From Nannocystales bacterium (GTDB lineage: Bacteria > Myxococcota_A > Polyangia > Nannocystales > Nannocystaceae), in assembly GCA_050633305.1 (NCBI GenBank), contig JBOEGF010000018.1, positions 160,001-224,000 of the forward strand: a DNA stretch of 64,000 bases. Reading direction: 5' to 3'. This document shows positions 31,067 to 42,400 of this stretch, one piece after another. The notes under the pieces are model-generated. The model was given only the letters and a program-made list of their open reading frames with translations. It did no database searches and was not told where the DNA came from. Numbering within the stretch: position 1 is the stretch's first letter; each line of letters starts with the position of its first letter. The position numbers were made by a program, and so were the translations under genes.

Positions 31067-34000
31067 CAATGTCGGTGTTGGGTGAACGTGGTGGTCGGGC
31101 GGGTCGTGCCCGCGGTGCCCTGCCAGTAGAAGTCCGCCGCCTCGACCTCCGCACCACCGATCTCGTCCATCGTGGAGGCATCGAAGAGGCGCCCGCCGAC
31201 CATCGTGTGCGTCACCTTGTCGGAGTCCCGGATGTTGCTCAGCGGGTTCCCGTCGATCACGGCGAGATCCGCCAGCTTTCCGGGTTCGAGGGAGCCCAGG
31301 GCGTGGTCCATGCCGATGTAGTGCGCACTGTCCAGCGTCACCGCTCGCAGGGCTTCGAGCGGGGTCATCCCGCCTTGCACGAACATCCACAGCTCCCAGT
31401 GCGCAGCGAGACCTTCGCGCTGCCCGTGGGCGCCCAGGTTGACCTTCACACCGGCCTCTTGAAGCTCCTCGGCGAGCTTGGCGATGCGGAAGTGGTTCCA
31501 GTCGCCCTTCGACGCCATGGGCCGCCGACGGGAGCGCCCTTCGTATGCGTGGGGAGGGACGAAGGCCCGCATCTTGGGGTGTTCGAACACATTCGTGTGC
31601 GCGTACCAGTAGAGCTCGCCGCCCAGACCCCCATAGCCGACCCCCATCGTCGGGGTGTAGCCGACCTCGGTGCCGCTCCACAGCTGCTTCAGGTCCGCGT
31701 ACCCGTTCGCGACAGGCACCGCGTGTTCGATGCCGGTGTGGCCGTCCACGATCATGTTGAGGTTGTGCTGCAGCGTGGAGCCGCCCTCAGGCACGACCAT
31801 CATCTCCAGCTCCCGAGCGGCAGCGATCACCTGCTGACGCTGGTTGCGACGGGGCTGGTTGTAGCTCTTGACGCTAAACGCACCCACGGCCTTGAGTCGG
31901 CGCAGGTGACTGCGGGCATCGTCGAGGCTGTCGATCTTCGCAGTGAACGGCGCGTCCGCGCCGTAGAGGATGGTGCCGGTGGAGAAGATGCGCGGTGCGA
32001 CGACCTCACCCGCGCGGGCGAGTTCGGCCGCCGCAAAGATCTCGCCCGTGTCGTTGGACGGATCGTGGACCGTGGTGACGCCGAAGGTCAGCGTCGCGTA
32101 GTGCATCCAGTTCTGCTGCGGCGTGATGCCGGACTCGCCCTGTGAGCCATGGGCGTGCACATCGACCAGGCCGGGGATGATCGTTTTCCCGCTCACGTCG
32201 ATGCTCGTGGCGCCGCCGGGCACGGTCACTTCGCCTCGCTTCCCCAGGGCTTCGATGCGATCGCCTTTGACCACGATCACGCCGTCCTCGATCACCTCGT
32301 CGCCCTTCATCGTGACGATGCGGGCGCCCGTGAGCGCGAACGTCGTGTTCGGGACGTAGCTGTCGACATCGAAGCCGATGTCGGTCCCCGCTTCGGGTGG
32401 CTCGGGGAGCTCTTCGGGGGCGCCGTCGATGAACGAGAACGCCTCTTTGAGGTCGCGCGCGAACAACTCGGGACCGGTGGACCAGTACAAGCGTTCGCTG
32501 TTGCCGGACCAGTGCATGTAATCGCCCGTGTCACGGCTGACCCGCCGGATGGGAAGGGCCTTGGAGGTGGGGCTCACATCGAAACTACGGCCGGTCGCGG
32601 GGAGCGGTGCGACGTAAGCGTTGAAGCCCTCCTGAAACGCCAGCCACTTTCCGTCGGGAGAAACCCGCATGCGGTTGGCCTTCTCGGAGCCCACGTGCGT
32701 CCGGAGGTCCGAGCCATCGAGTTCAACGCTTCGCAGCTCGCGCTTGCCCTTCTTGCCGAACCCGGTGAAGAACACGCGGTCGTCCTCGGCGCCGAAGTGC
32801 GGGCTGCTCCCGCTGTGGCTGATGAGCGCAGGGGTTCCGCCGCGGGTGGGGACGCTATACAGACCGGTGTCTTCGCTCCACAGCGGCGAGGTGAGCCAGC
32901 CGCCGCCACCCTTGCGGAAGACGATGGTGCTGCCGTCAGGGGAGAACACGGGGTCGAAGTAGTGCCCGGGCGCTTTGGTGACCGTGCTGCTCCGCCCGCC
33001 GCTGGCAGGAACGGTGCGGACGCTGGCGAGCCCCTCGTCGGTCCAAGACACGAACACGACCCGCTTCCCGTCGCGGGAGAAGGACCCAAAGAACTCGTGC
33101 ACGTCCTTGTCGTTGGTCAAGGGTTTGGCTTGGCCGCTGGGCAAGCTACGGACGTACAGCCGCCCCAGGGCCTGGAAGATGACTTTCTTGCCGTTCGGGG
33201 AAACGACGACGTCTCGCAGCATTTTGGTGTGAAACGACTTGGGGTGGGGGTCGACCTCGTGTCGAAGTGCCTCGACCACTTCACGGGTATCCTTGACCCG
33301 GAAGGGGATGTTGCTGACGTTGCCCGACTTCAGGTCGACGCGGTGGAGCTTGCCCTCTCCCCAGTAGACGAGCTGGCTGTTGTCCGGGGTCCACGCCATC
33401 GTGGGGTATACGCCGTGGATCGCCCACGTCTCCTGCATGTCGCGGTCGAGGTTTCGAGCGACGATACGCTCGGCTCCGGAGGCCAGGTCCTTGACCGCGA
33501 GGACGGTGTCGAGACCTTGCCGCCGAACGAACGCGAGTTGCTTGCCGTCGGGGGATGGAGTGGGCCGTACTGCGCCACCGATCCCGCCGACGAAGACCTC
33601 GATGTGTCCGTCGGCGCGGTCCATCCGCTTGATGTCGTAGATGCCCGCGTGCGGGTCTTTGTTGTATTCGAAGACGTCGCCCGGGGTGGTGTCCTGGCTG
33701 AAGTACAGCCACTTGCCGTCGGGGGAGAACGCGGGCTCCCCGACGTCCTTCTGGTCGTTGGGCTTCTCCGTCATGCGGACGCCCTTGGTGTCACCGCCGA
33801 TGTGGTACAGCCACATCTCACCCGAACCCAGGCTTCGCCGAGCGGTGAAGTGCTTGTGGGCCACGATGAACTGGCCATCGGGGGTCCATGCGGGGCTGTT
33901 GACCAGGCGGAAGTCCTCTTTGGTGATCTGGCGCGGTTCACCTCCCTCAGCAGGGAGTACCCAGATGTTGTCGGCGCCGTCGCGGTCGCTGGTGAATGCC

Positions 34001-34440
34001 AACCATTTCCCGTCCGGGCTGAAGACGGGCTGCATGTCCCACGACATGCCCTGGGTCAGCGGGGTGGCCTCTCCGCCTTCGAAGGGGATGCTGTAGAGAT
34101 CGCCGAGCAGGTCGAAGACGATGGTCTTGCCGTCAGGACTCAGTGTGAGGCTCATCCACGTCCCCTCATCGGTGTCGATGCTGACCTTCTTCCGCGGACC
34201 AGGCGCCTTTTCGACGTCCCACGCTTCCTTCTTCTTGGCCTCGTCCCCTGCGTTCCCGTCGGATTTTTCCGGGGGAGGCTCCGGTGGCGGGGAGGGATGG
34301 AAGCTCAGCGAGTCGTCCCCCTTTTCCGCTTGGGTCGCGTCCGGTGTCTGCGTCTCCCCGCCCTGACGACAGCCTGGGGTGACGAAGCACGCCAACAGAA
34401 GAAGCGTTTTCAGCGAGGAGGAGCGCGCGGTGGGAGCCAT
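31066..34440 (-). CDS. Lipoprotein with TolB/PD40 beta-propellers and C-terminal amidohydrolase domain
   Basis: Lipobox TPGC, repeated PxFSPDGK, IPGLVDVHAH, GHTGIEH, LGAHGQ, GSLEPGKLADL. Confidence 0.92.
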   Translation of the reverse strand: MAPTARSSSLKTLLLLACFVTPGCRQGGETQTPDATQAEKGDDSLSFHPSPPPEPPPEKSDGNAGDEAKKKEAWDVEKAPGPRKKVSIDTDEGTWMSLTLSPDGKTIVFDLLGDLYSIPFEGGEATPLTQGMSWDMQPVFSPDGKWLAFTSDRDGADNIWVLPAEGGEPRQITKEDFRLVNSPAWTPDGQFIVAHKHFTARRSLGSGEMWLYHIGGDTKGVRMTEKPNDQKDVGEPAFSPDGKWLYFSQDTTPGDVFEYNKDPHAGIYDIKRMDRADGHIEVFVGGIGGAVRPTPSPDGKQLAFVRRQGLDTVLAVKDLASGAERIVARNLDRDMQETWAIHGVYPTMAWTPDNSQLVYWGEGKLHRVDLKSGNVSNIPFRVKDTREVVEALRHEVDPHPKSFHTKMLRDVVVSPNGKKVIFQALGRLYVRSLPSGQAKPLTNDKDVHEFFGSFSRDGKRVVFVSWTDEGLASVRTVPASGGRSSTVTKAPGHYFDPVFSPDGSTIVFRKGGGGWLTSPLWSEDTGLYSVPTRGGTPALISHSGSSPHFGAEDDRVFFTGFGKKGKRELRSVELDGSDLRTHVGSEKANRMRVSPDGKWLAFQEGFNAYVAPLPATGRSFDVSPTSKALPIRRVSRDTGDYMHWSGNSERLYWSTGPELFARDLKEAFSFIDGAPEELPEPPEAGTDIGFDVDSYVPNTTFALTGARIVTMKGDEVIEDGVIVVKGDRIEALGKRGEVTVPGGATSIDVSGKTIIPGLVDVHAHGSQGESGITPQQNWMHYATLTFGVTTVHDPSNDTGEIFAAAELARAGEVVAPRIFSTGTILYGADAPFTAKIDSLDDARSHLRRLKAVGAFSVKSYNQPRRNQRQQVIAAARELEMMVVPEGGSTLQHNLNMIVDGHTGIEHAVPVANGYADLKQLWSGTEVGYTPTMGVGYGGLGGELYWYAHTNVFEHPKMRAFVPPHAYEGRSRRRPMASKGDWNHFRIAKLAEELQEAGVKVNLGAHGQREGLAAHWELWMFVQGGMTPLEALRAVTLDSAHYIGMDHALGSLEPGKLADLAVIDGNPLSNIRDSDKVTHTMVGGRLFDASTMDEIGGAEVEAADFYWQGTAGTTRPTTTFTQHRH

Positions 34441-34532
34441 GCGAGGCCATTGCTACCACCGCCGCGAGGCATACGTCAGCCCCCGCCCTTGCGTGCCCCC
34501 GCCTCCGGGGGCGATGCTGCGTCGCCGCGCCC

Positions 34533-36197
34533 ATGGAAGCCCTGGAACATTTCGTAGAGAGCATCAACTCGCTCATCTGGTCCTCGGGCATCCCGGTCGG
34601 CGATCAGACGATCCCGTTCATCGTCATCGCACTGCTGGGCGTTGGCTTCTTCCTCACGTTCCGGTTGGGCCTGATCCAGTTTCGACGCCTGGGGCACGGC
34701 ATGGCGGTCGCCACAGGTCGCTACGACGACCCGGACGATCCCGGCGACGTCTCGCACTTTCAGGCGCTGTCCACCGCACTCTCCGCCACGGTTGGGATTG
34801 GCAACATCGCCGGAGTCGCGATCGCCTTGCACTGGGGTGGTCCGGGGGCGCTGTTCTGGATGTGGATCACCGCGCTACTGGGCATGGCGACCAAGTTTGC
34901 GGAGGTTACGCTGGCCCAGAACTACCGCGCGAGTGGGGACGACGGCGTGGCAGGCGGGCCGATGTACTACATCGAGAAAGGCCTCGGCCCGAAGTGGAGG
35001 CCGCTGGCGTTGTTCTTCGCCGTGGCCCTCGGACTGACCGCGTTCTTGACTGGCAACGGAGTCCAGTCCAACACGGTCGCCGACACGATGGTCAGCACGT
35101 TTGGTGTGCCCGCATGGGTCACCGGACTTGTGGCTGCGGCGGTCGTGGGTGGGGTCATCCTTGGCGGCATCAAGCGCATCGGTCGGTTCACGTCGATCCT
35201 CGCGCCTGCGATGGCCGGGCTGTATGTCAGCGGGGCGCTGGTCATCCTGGTGATGAACGCCGGGGAGATCTGGCCCGCCCTCAACCTCATTGTCTCGGAA
35301 GCCTTCAACCCAACCGCCGGCGTTGCGGGCACAGGCGTCGGCGCGTTCTTGGTCACGGCGATGTGGGGCGTTAAGCGAGGTTTGTTCTCCAACGAGGCGG
35401 GACAAGGCAGCGCACCGATCGCACACGCTGCGGCCAAGACCGACGAGCCCGTCTCCGAGGGCGTCGTTGCACTGCTCGAGCCGTTCATCGACACGATTCT
35501 GATCTGCACGATGACCGCGATGGTCATCATCATCACCGGCGTCTGGAAGGACCGGATGCCCACGGAACTCCCGGTTTCGCGCGGGGACATGACCTTCGTC
35601 GAGCTGAAGGACGACGGCTCGTTCACGCAGATCAAGGGCACACCGGAAAGCGTGGTCGTCGAAGACGGAGCTTCGATCGGGCCGTCGGTCGCGTGGCACG
35701 ATGCGCCGGTCCAGGAGCTCTACGTCGACGAGGGCCAGAAAACCCTGTTCACCGGAACGATCGACCCGGCCGGGAAGGTGGCGGTTGGCTCGGACGGAAC
35801 CGAGTACGACACGCTCTACGGCTACGCGGTCGAGAGCGGCGCGCCCCTGACGATGCTCGCGTTCCGCCGCGGCCTCGCGCCGTTGGGAGACTTTGGGCAC
35901 CACATCGTCCTGCTGTGCGTGCTCTTGTTCGGCATCTCCACCGCGATCTCGTGGAGCTACTATGGGGACCGCTGCGCCAACTACGTGCTCGGGCCCAAAG
36001 CCGTCGGTCCGTATCGCGCGGTCTTCGTGTTGATGCACTTCCTCGGCGCCGTGGTCCCGCTCTCGCTGGCGTGGACGCTTGGGGATGTCCTCATGGGTGT
36101 GGTCATCTTGCCGAACTTGATCGCGCTGGTCCTGCTCTCGCCCAAGCTCGTGGAGCTGACCAAGGACTACTTCGAGCGCCAGCCCTGGAAGCGTTGA
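34533..36197 (+). CDS. Alanine/glycine:cation symporter (AGCS)
   Basis: VSHFQALSTALSATVGIGNIAGVA, GGPGALFWMW, GGPMYY, RGLFSNEAGQGSAPIAHA, EPFIDT. Confidence 0.95.
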   Translation: MEALEHFVESINSLIWSSGIPVGDQTIPFIVIALLGVGFFLTFRLGLIQFRRLGHGMAVATGRYDDPDDPGDVSHFQALSTALSATVGIGNIAGVAIALHWGGPGALFWMWITALLGMATKFAEVTLAQNYRASGDDGVAGGPMYYIEKGLGPKWRPLALFFAVALGLTAFLTGNGVQSNTVADTMVSTFGVPAWVTGLVAAAVVGGVILGGIKRIGRFTSILAPAMAGLYVSGALVILVMNAGEIWPALNLIVSEAFNPTAGVAGTGVGAFLVTAMWGVKRGLFSNEAGQGSAPIAHAAAKTDEPVSEGVVALLEPFIDTILICTMTAMVIIITGVWKDRMPTELPVSRGDMTFVELKDDGSFTQIKGTPESVVVEDGASIGPSVAWHDAPVQELYVDEGQKTLFTGTIDPAGKVAVGSDGTEYDTLYGYAVESGAPLTMLAFRRGLAPLGDFGHHIVLLCVLLFGISTAISWSYYGDRCANYVLGPKAVGPYRAVFVLMHFLGAVVPLSLAWTLGDVLMGVVILPNLIALVLLSPKLVELTKDYFERQPWKR

Positions 36198-36207
36198 ACG
36201 CGGCCCA

Positions 36208-37041
36208 TCACAGGCTGAGCATGGCGCCTTCGGGCGCCTTGGCTTGCAGCGCGCGCTCGTCGACAAACATCGTGTTGATCATCGACCCGCCGCGGACCGC
36301 ATAGCCCCGTGCGCGGAGCAGCTCGATCGCCGGTCGCACCAACGCGCTGGAGTCGAACACCGCCGTCTCCACGCATATGACGGTGGGACGAACTCCTCCC
36401 TCGGACATGGAGGTGAGGATCTCGAGGTCGAGCCCTTCGACGTCGATGCTCAGGAGGTCGAGTCCCTTCGTGAAGTGTTGCTCGATCAGAGCGTCGACCA
36501 AGACCAGCTTCATATCGATGGTGTTCTCCAGCGCGCGGCCCTGCGCGAGGTAGCGGTCGACCTGCTCCTTGGAGAACGTGTTGAGCTGGGGTCGATCTCG
36601 AATCAGGTAGTACGGTGCGGACTCTGCTTCCCCCACGCCGACCCCGGCGTTCACGACGACATCTCGCGGGCGGACCTCGCTCAGCATCTTGGCCATCGGC
36701 GGGTTCGGCTCCACCAGGACACCTTGGCCGCCCGAGAGATACGCGAGGTACGTGTTGCTCCCGATGGTCGGGTGAAACGCGCCAATGTCGAGGTAGCGGG
36801 GTTTGGTGACACCGAGCATGCTCAGCGCCTGCATCAGCATCAGGTCTTCGCCCTGCTGAGCGTAGGTGACCTGGCGCCCATCCGGGGGCTGAGGCCCGAG
36901 TTTCGGGACGGGCAGCACAGGGGGAGGCGTGGCGGCTTTGGGTGCTGGGGGAGCCGTGCCAGCGGGGGCCGGCTCATCGGAGCACGAGGGCAGGCTGCAC
37001 AGGGTGAGTCCGGAGCCGAGGAGGAAGTTGCGACGATCCAT
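36208..37041 (-). CDS. FkbM-family SAM methyltransferase with Tat/lipoprotein-like signal
   Basis: MDRRNFLLG...LPSC; YAQQGED, YLDIGAFHP..GSNT, LVEPNP, LLSIDVEGLD, PTVICVE. Confidence 0.85.
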   Translation of the reverse strand: MDRRNFLLGSGLTLCSLPSCSDEPAPAGTAPPAPKAATPPPVLPVPKLGPQPPDGRQVTYAQQGEDLMLMQALSMLGVTKPRYLDIGAFHPTIGSNTYLAYLSGGQGVLVEPNPPMAKMLSEVRPRDVVVNAGVGVGEAESAPYYLIRDRPQLNTFSKEQVDRYLAQGRALENTIDMKLVLVDALIEQHFTKGLDLLSIDVEGLDLEILTSMSEGGVRPTVICVETAVFDSSALVRPAIELLRARGYAVRGGSMINTMFVDERALQAKAPEGAMLSL

Positions 37042-37135
37042 GCGGAGCGCGACCACGGTATCAGGGCGCGCTCGGTCTGCCGCTGGGCCGAGGAACTTGC
37101 CGGCGTGCGGTCTGCGAGGGGGCGGAAGAGCTCGG

Positions 37136-39346
37136 CTACGTCGGGGTGGCTTGGTCTGCAAGGATCCGTGCCGAGATATTGTCCGCTTCGCGGTCGTAGG
37201 TGGCGGCAGCTTCCTTGTCGCCGGCGTGCTGAAGCGCGCGTCCGAGCGAACGCAGTCCGGCCGCGACATCTTCGTGGTCTCGGCCGTGGGTCTCGGTCAA
37301 AATGTCCACGGCACGCGCGAAGTGTTCGGCAGCCTCCGCGGGGCGTTGCTGCAACTCCAGCAGAACCCCGAGCCGGGAGTGGGTGTTTGCGACGCTGGGA
37401 TTCCAAGGGCCCAGGTGCTCTTGCCGTGCGTCGAGGGCCTGGCGGACGAGCTGCGTCGCGCGGTCGTGGGCGCCTCGGAGCCGGAGGACGTGCGCCAAGT
37501 CGAGTTGAGCTGGGACGATGTCGGGATGGTCCGAGCCCCACGCTTCGATCGCGAGCCGCAAGCTCTCTTCGTGCAGCACCTGGGCCGTGTCGAGCTCACC
37601 ACGGGCCATCGACACGTAGCCCTTGGAGCGCTCCAACTCGGACCGGTCCTGGGGGTCGAGCTCGACCCGAGTTGCAAGTGCGATGGCTGGCTTGAGCCAG
37701 CGCTGGGCGGCGTCGAACGCTTGAGCGCTTGCGAGCGTGGATGCCAGGGACGCCGACAGCTGGATGGCCAGGCGATCGTCTCCGTACTCCAGAGCCATCC
37801 AGTACGCGGCTTCTTTGGCGGTTGCGGCGGCGCCAAGGTCCCCCCGTCCGACCTCGGCCTCGCCCATCGCCGCCAACGCGTGCATCTCTACGAACGGTGC
37901 GGATTCTTTTCGTGCGGAGTTGAGCACGTCTCGAAATACATCGGCTGCTTCGGCTGCACGGCCCGAGCGCAGCACACCCAGGCCGTGCGCCAACTTCCTC
38001 ATCAGGGGCCGCGACACGGTGAGGGCGGGCCCTGGGTGGTCAACACAACCGCTGAGCGGGCCCATCGCGCGTGTGATGGAGAACGGCGCAGACACGAGTC
38101 TTCGGTCCGCGGCAAAGTACGCCTCCAGGACCCCCGCGAGTCGAACGATGCGGTCTTCGAAGCAGGCAGCGGTCGCTTCGTAGGCCTGCTTGTCGACGGA
38201 TTTTTCGACAAGACCGGCCTCGCACGCGGCGTGAGCATGTTGTTTCCAGTCTTCGACGTATGCGTCGGTATCCGCGGAAAAACGGTCCCAGCTCTTGGTG
38301 GCACCGGCCCAATCTACGGCCAAGAAGCGGCGCCGGAGTCCCGCCCGGCGGCTGCCATGCCAGACCGCGTCAGCGGGTTTCGAAACGTGGTCGCAACGCG
38401 TTGATCGTTCGAGCTGAACACCGGCGATCACGGCGGCGACGCCCATCGTGCTCGTCACGAGGGTTGCCAGCCGGCGCCGGTTTCGTACGGGGTTGCGGGT
38501 CAGCGCCTCGACGAGTTCCTGCATGTTTGCGAACCGCGCTGTCCGCTCGACCTGCAGCCCACGTTTGAGGGCGGTGGCCACCGAGAGCGCTTGTGAGCCC
38601 CATCCTGTGGAGGCGGGTCGCTGAAGCTCGCTCCCCAGGCGCTCGCCGAACAGTGCCTCCCACGCGGTCACGCAGAAGGCGTATTGGTCGGCCAGGGCAT
38701 CCGCGGGGTGGCCTTGCCGTTGCTCGGGGGACCAGTACGCGGGCGTACCGACGGGGATTCCAGGGTGTGTCTGCGCGGCGGAATCGTCTCGGTTGACGCG
38801 GTGGCTTCGCGGGTCGGGGAGGGTGCGCGTTGCAGTCCCTCGAGCCAAGCCGAAGTCGGCAACCCGGACCCGGCCATCCTGCCCGACGAGGATGTTGGCG
38901 GGCTTGAGGTCGCGATGCACGATCCCTGCTCGGTGGGCAGCCGCCAGTCCTCGACCGGCCTGGACGATCAACTCGAGAGTCTGACGGAAGCGCGCGGATG
39001 GCACCGGGCGTGCGGCGAGCCAGTGATCGAAGTCCACCCCGTCGACCATCTCCATCGCGACAAACACTTGGCCGTCTGCGGAGCCGACCTCGTGAACGGT
39101 CACCACGTTCGGGTGGCTGAGCTTGGCCAGCGTTCGGGCTTCTCGCTCGAGCCGCAGTCCGGCGCTGGAATCGGCGTCACCGGCCTGTGGCTGCAGGACC
39201 TTGAGCGCGACACTTCGGTCGAGCTGGGGATCGTAGGCCCGATGCACCGTCCCCATGGCCCCCGAGCCGATATGACCTACGACCAGGAACCGGCCCAGTC
39301 GCATGGGTTCCGGTCCCTCGGGAGGGGTCTGTGTGCTCCGCGTCAT
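37136..39346 (-). CDS. Ser/Thr protein kinase with TM helix and C-terminal TPRs
   Basis: IGSGAMGTV, VALK, HRDLKPAN, ADFGLA, GTPAYWSPEQ; kinesin-light-chain-like TPRs (GSDHPD, GRDHED). Confidence 0.95.
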   Translation of the reverse strand: MTRSTQTPPEGPEPMRLGRFLVVGHIGSGAMGTVHRAYDPQLDRSVALKVLQPQAGDADSSAGLRLEREARTLAKLSHPNVVTVHEVGSADGQVFVAMEMVDGVDFDHWLAARPVPSARFRQTLELIVQAGRGLAAAHRAGIVHRDLKPANILVGQDGRVRVADFGLARGTATRTLPDPRSHRVNRDDSAAQTHPGIPVGTPAYWSPEQRQGHPADALADQYAFCVTAWEALFGERLGSELQRPASTGWGSQALSVATALKRGLQVERTARFANMQELVEALTRNPVRNRRRLATLVTSTMGVAAVIAGVQLERSTRCDHVSKPADAVWHGSRRAGLRRRFLAVDWAGATKSWDRFSADTDAYVEDWKQHAHAACEAGLVEKSVDKQAYEATAACFEDRIVRLAGVLEAYFAADRRLVSAPFSITRAMGPLSGCVDHPGPALTVSRPLMRKLAHGLGVLRSGRAAEAADVFRDVLNSARKESAPFVEMHALAAMGEAEVGRGDLGAAATAKEAAYWMALEYGDDRLAIQLSASLASTLASAQAFDAAQRWLKPAIALATRVELDPQDRSELERSKGYVSMARGELDTAQVLHEESLRLAIEAWGSDHPDIVPAQLDLAHVLRLRGAHDRATQLVRQALDARQEHLGPWNPSVANTHSRLGVLLELQQRPAEAAEHFARAVDILTETHGRDHEDVAAGLRSLGRALQHAGDKEAAATYDREADNISARILADQATPT

Positions 39347-39461
39347 CCGAAGTCGTGTCTACCCCGGTGGTTCTTCGTGGGGTCGATTGGCGTAGCACTC
39401 GTGTTGCGTGCGGGCAACGTGCGGGCTCCGGCGGTGAGCTCGACGTGCCCCCGGGCACGCT

Positions 39462-42400
39462 CTACTTCACGACTTCGATCGCTTCGATCTCCATCTGTCC
39501 TAGGGAGACCAACGCCAAAACGTCGGAGACCTCCAGCGGTAGGTGACCGGCGGTGACGGCCATCCGTCCCCATGTCGGGTCGATCTCGAACCATCGCTTG
39601 CCGTCGTGATAGGCGACCCAGGCATGCGCGACCATGTCGTCGCCCTCAGCTGCCATTCCGCTTCGTACCTCGGCTGGCACACCTGCCGCTCGCAACAGGG
39701 AAACGGTGAGCAGCGCGTACTCGCTGCAATCGCCTCGTCCGACTTTGAGGATCTGGGTCGCGTCGATCGAGCGAGGCGTCACCTCGTACGCGACCCGCTC
39801 GTGGACCCACTGGGTGATCGCGGTTGCCTTGGCGGTGGCGTCCATGTCGGGCTTGGTCAAGGAATCTCGAACGGTCTCGATCTCCGGAGCATGAATCCGT
39901 AGGTCGTTGGAGGTCTTGAGCAGCTCCTTCTCTCTCGATTCGCTGAGTACGGCCGCGGCATCCGTGTCACGTGCCTTGGCGCGGACAACAAGCTCGACGT
40001 GGGTCTCGTCGACGGCGCGGGCGGATCCCCGCGCCGAAGGATAGACGGACTGGTCGACGAAGGTCTGGGCGTCGCCGACCGCTAGCTTGAATCGCAACGT
40101 GCCATCGGTCTCCGAGCGCGGGAGCGTGCGGGGCAGTGCGGCTGCGTTTCGGAATCGGGCAGAGGCCAACCACTGGTCCACCACCTCGCTGGCGTCGCGG
40201 TCTCGAAGCCGAAGGGACATGCGACCCTGCATGCGACCCACGCGGGTGGATGGCTCCCAGGTTGCCTCGAACCCGACGTCCTCGACCAAGCCCACCGCGC
40301 CGGCGAAGAACCGCAGGACGACACGATCGAGGCCGGTTGCTGTGACGGGGATCTTTGCGATGACCTTGGACGCGCGCGCGCCGTCGAAGCTACCGCGGCC
40401 GAGGAGGTGAGGACCGCCCGTGCGAGCGGGGGGACGGGAGAGGGCGGTGCGGAGCAATGCCTCGGTGCTGGCGATCAGGACGAGGCCGTCAGCCGAGCCG
40501 TACCACCAGCCCGCACGTGACCGCTTCGGCGTCCCGGTTGGACCGCGGACGCCGGACTTCGCTGCCGCAGCACGGAGGGGTTTGCTGGATGGGAAGACGA
40601 GGACCCACTGCTTCCAAAGCCCATCCCCGACCGCGGGATACCAGCCCAACGCGGCGCCGGTGCTCCGCAGGAGGAGCTCGGTTGGCGGCACGACATCACC
40701 GGCGGCGAGTTCCACTTCGGTGAGTTCGCGTAGATCGTCGTCGTCTTTCTGTTCGGGGTAGCCGACGACGAGCGTGCTGACGGCTCCGGGAGGCAAATGC
40801 CCGTGGGCGTTGGTCATGTCCAAGACGTGCGCGTCGGTCGTGGCCGAGTATTGGAATGCGACCCCCTTGCCGTCCGCGACCACCTCGCTGGCGACGCTGG
40901 CATCGTCGATGGGCGAACTCATGCCCATGAATGCTGCTTGGAGGGCGCTACCGTCTTTCCAGCCTCGGGTGAGCGAGATGAACTCCGGATCCTGACCCAG
41001 GCTTGGAGTGTCCTCAGCGGGCTCGAACAACACCCGGCGAGCCATGAAGTCGTTGGAGAACACCAAAACCCGGTCTCCCACGAACAAGTATCGCTCTGCG
41101 TCGGTGCCGATCGAGGAGGTCTGTGCGTCGATGATGGCGTAGTAGTGCAGCTCGTGGCCGGCGATGCGTTTGCGATGCCGGAAGCGTTCGGTTCGGCGCT
41201 CTTCTGGGTCCTCCTGCGGTTTGTCTTCCTTTTCGACCTCTTGGTAGACGAGCTCGTGTAGCACCCCGGGAAGGATGCTCAGAGCCACCGGAAGCAACCC
41301 GGCTCCGTTGGAGAGCCTCAACACGATCGCCAGGCCTGCATCCGAATCGTAGCCGCGTTGGCCCAGCTCGGTGAGCAGCGCGTCCTGATCGAGGACTGTC
41401 GCCGCGCACACGAAACCGCTGTCACCCGCCATGTTCGCGCATTCGATGGGCTCGGAGAGATCCAGCCCACCGCCTTCGAGCAAGGCATCGAAGCCGTTGG
41501 TTTTTCGTACCGACTCCACCGCACGGTCGAGCATCAGGCGCACCGTGGGGTCACCGGGGTCGAGTCGCTGGGCCAGGTCGAGTACGGTGCTGGCGAACAA
41601 GCCCGGAGAGGCGACCCTGGAGAAGGTCCAGTGCCGCGTCGGAAGGAGCTCGGGGAGGGGGGACTTGGCCAATACCTCTGCAGAGCGGGGCTTCTTGGCG
41701 GCCCTCGCCATGGCGCGTTGGGCGGGGTTGAACGACTTGGCGTCGTGGGCAGCGCCGGCGACCACCTTGCCGTGCCAGTCGCTGAACTGCCGCAACATCT
41801 TGGCGATGTTCTGGTGGCCCTCCTCTTTGTCGTCGAAACGCTTGGCCACGTTGCGCAAGCGCGGCCCGTCTTGTGCGTCGGCCAGCTCGACCAGGCCGTA
41901 GCCTAGAGAGCGGGTTTCCCATCGACGCTCCTTGGGCAACGTCTTGGGGTCGAGCGCGTCGAAGCGCGACCGAACGGCTCTTGCGTAGACCGAGGGCTCG
42001 GCCACCTCGAGGACGTCGAAGGCCAGGAATGCGAGGCTAGGAGGACCCTGCACCGCGGTCTCATAGGCCTGTGCCGTGTCGACGAGTCCCGGCCGCTGGG
42101 AGGCGATGACCCACGCGTCTTGTACAGCGTCCTCTTCGCCACCGGCGAGCAGCTCGGCGGTCCAGCGGCGAGCGTTGATCTCGGGCAACGCCAACCCGAG
42201 TTCGATACGGCCACGCGGCCCGGTCTCGGTCCGGTCGAAGTAGTCCGGTGCCGACAGAGGGATGCCCATCGGGAGCAAGTGCTTGGCGTCTCGCAGCGCA
42301 CGGGAGGGGTGGTGGAGGACGGCCTTGCGGCCCCACGCGTGGAGGCCAGCGTCGTCATCGAGCAGCGTGGCCAGCGATACGCGCCGAGCGGTGCGGTCCC

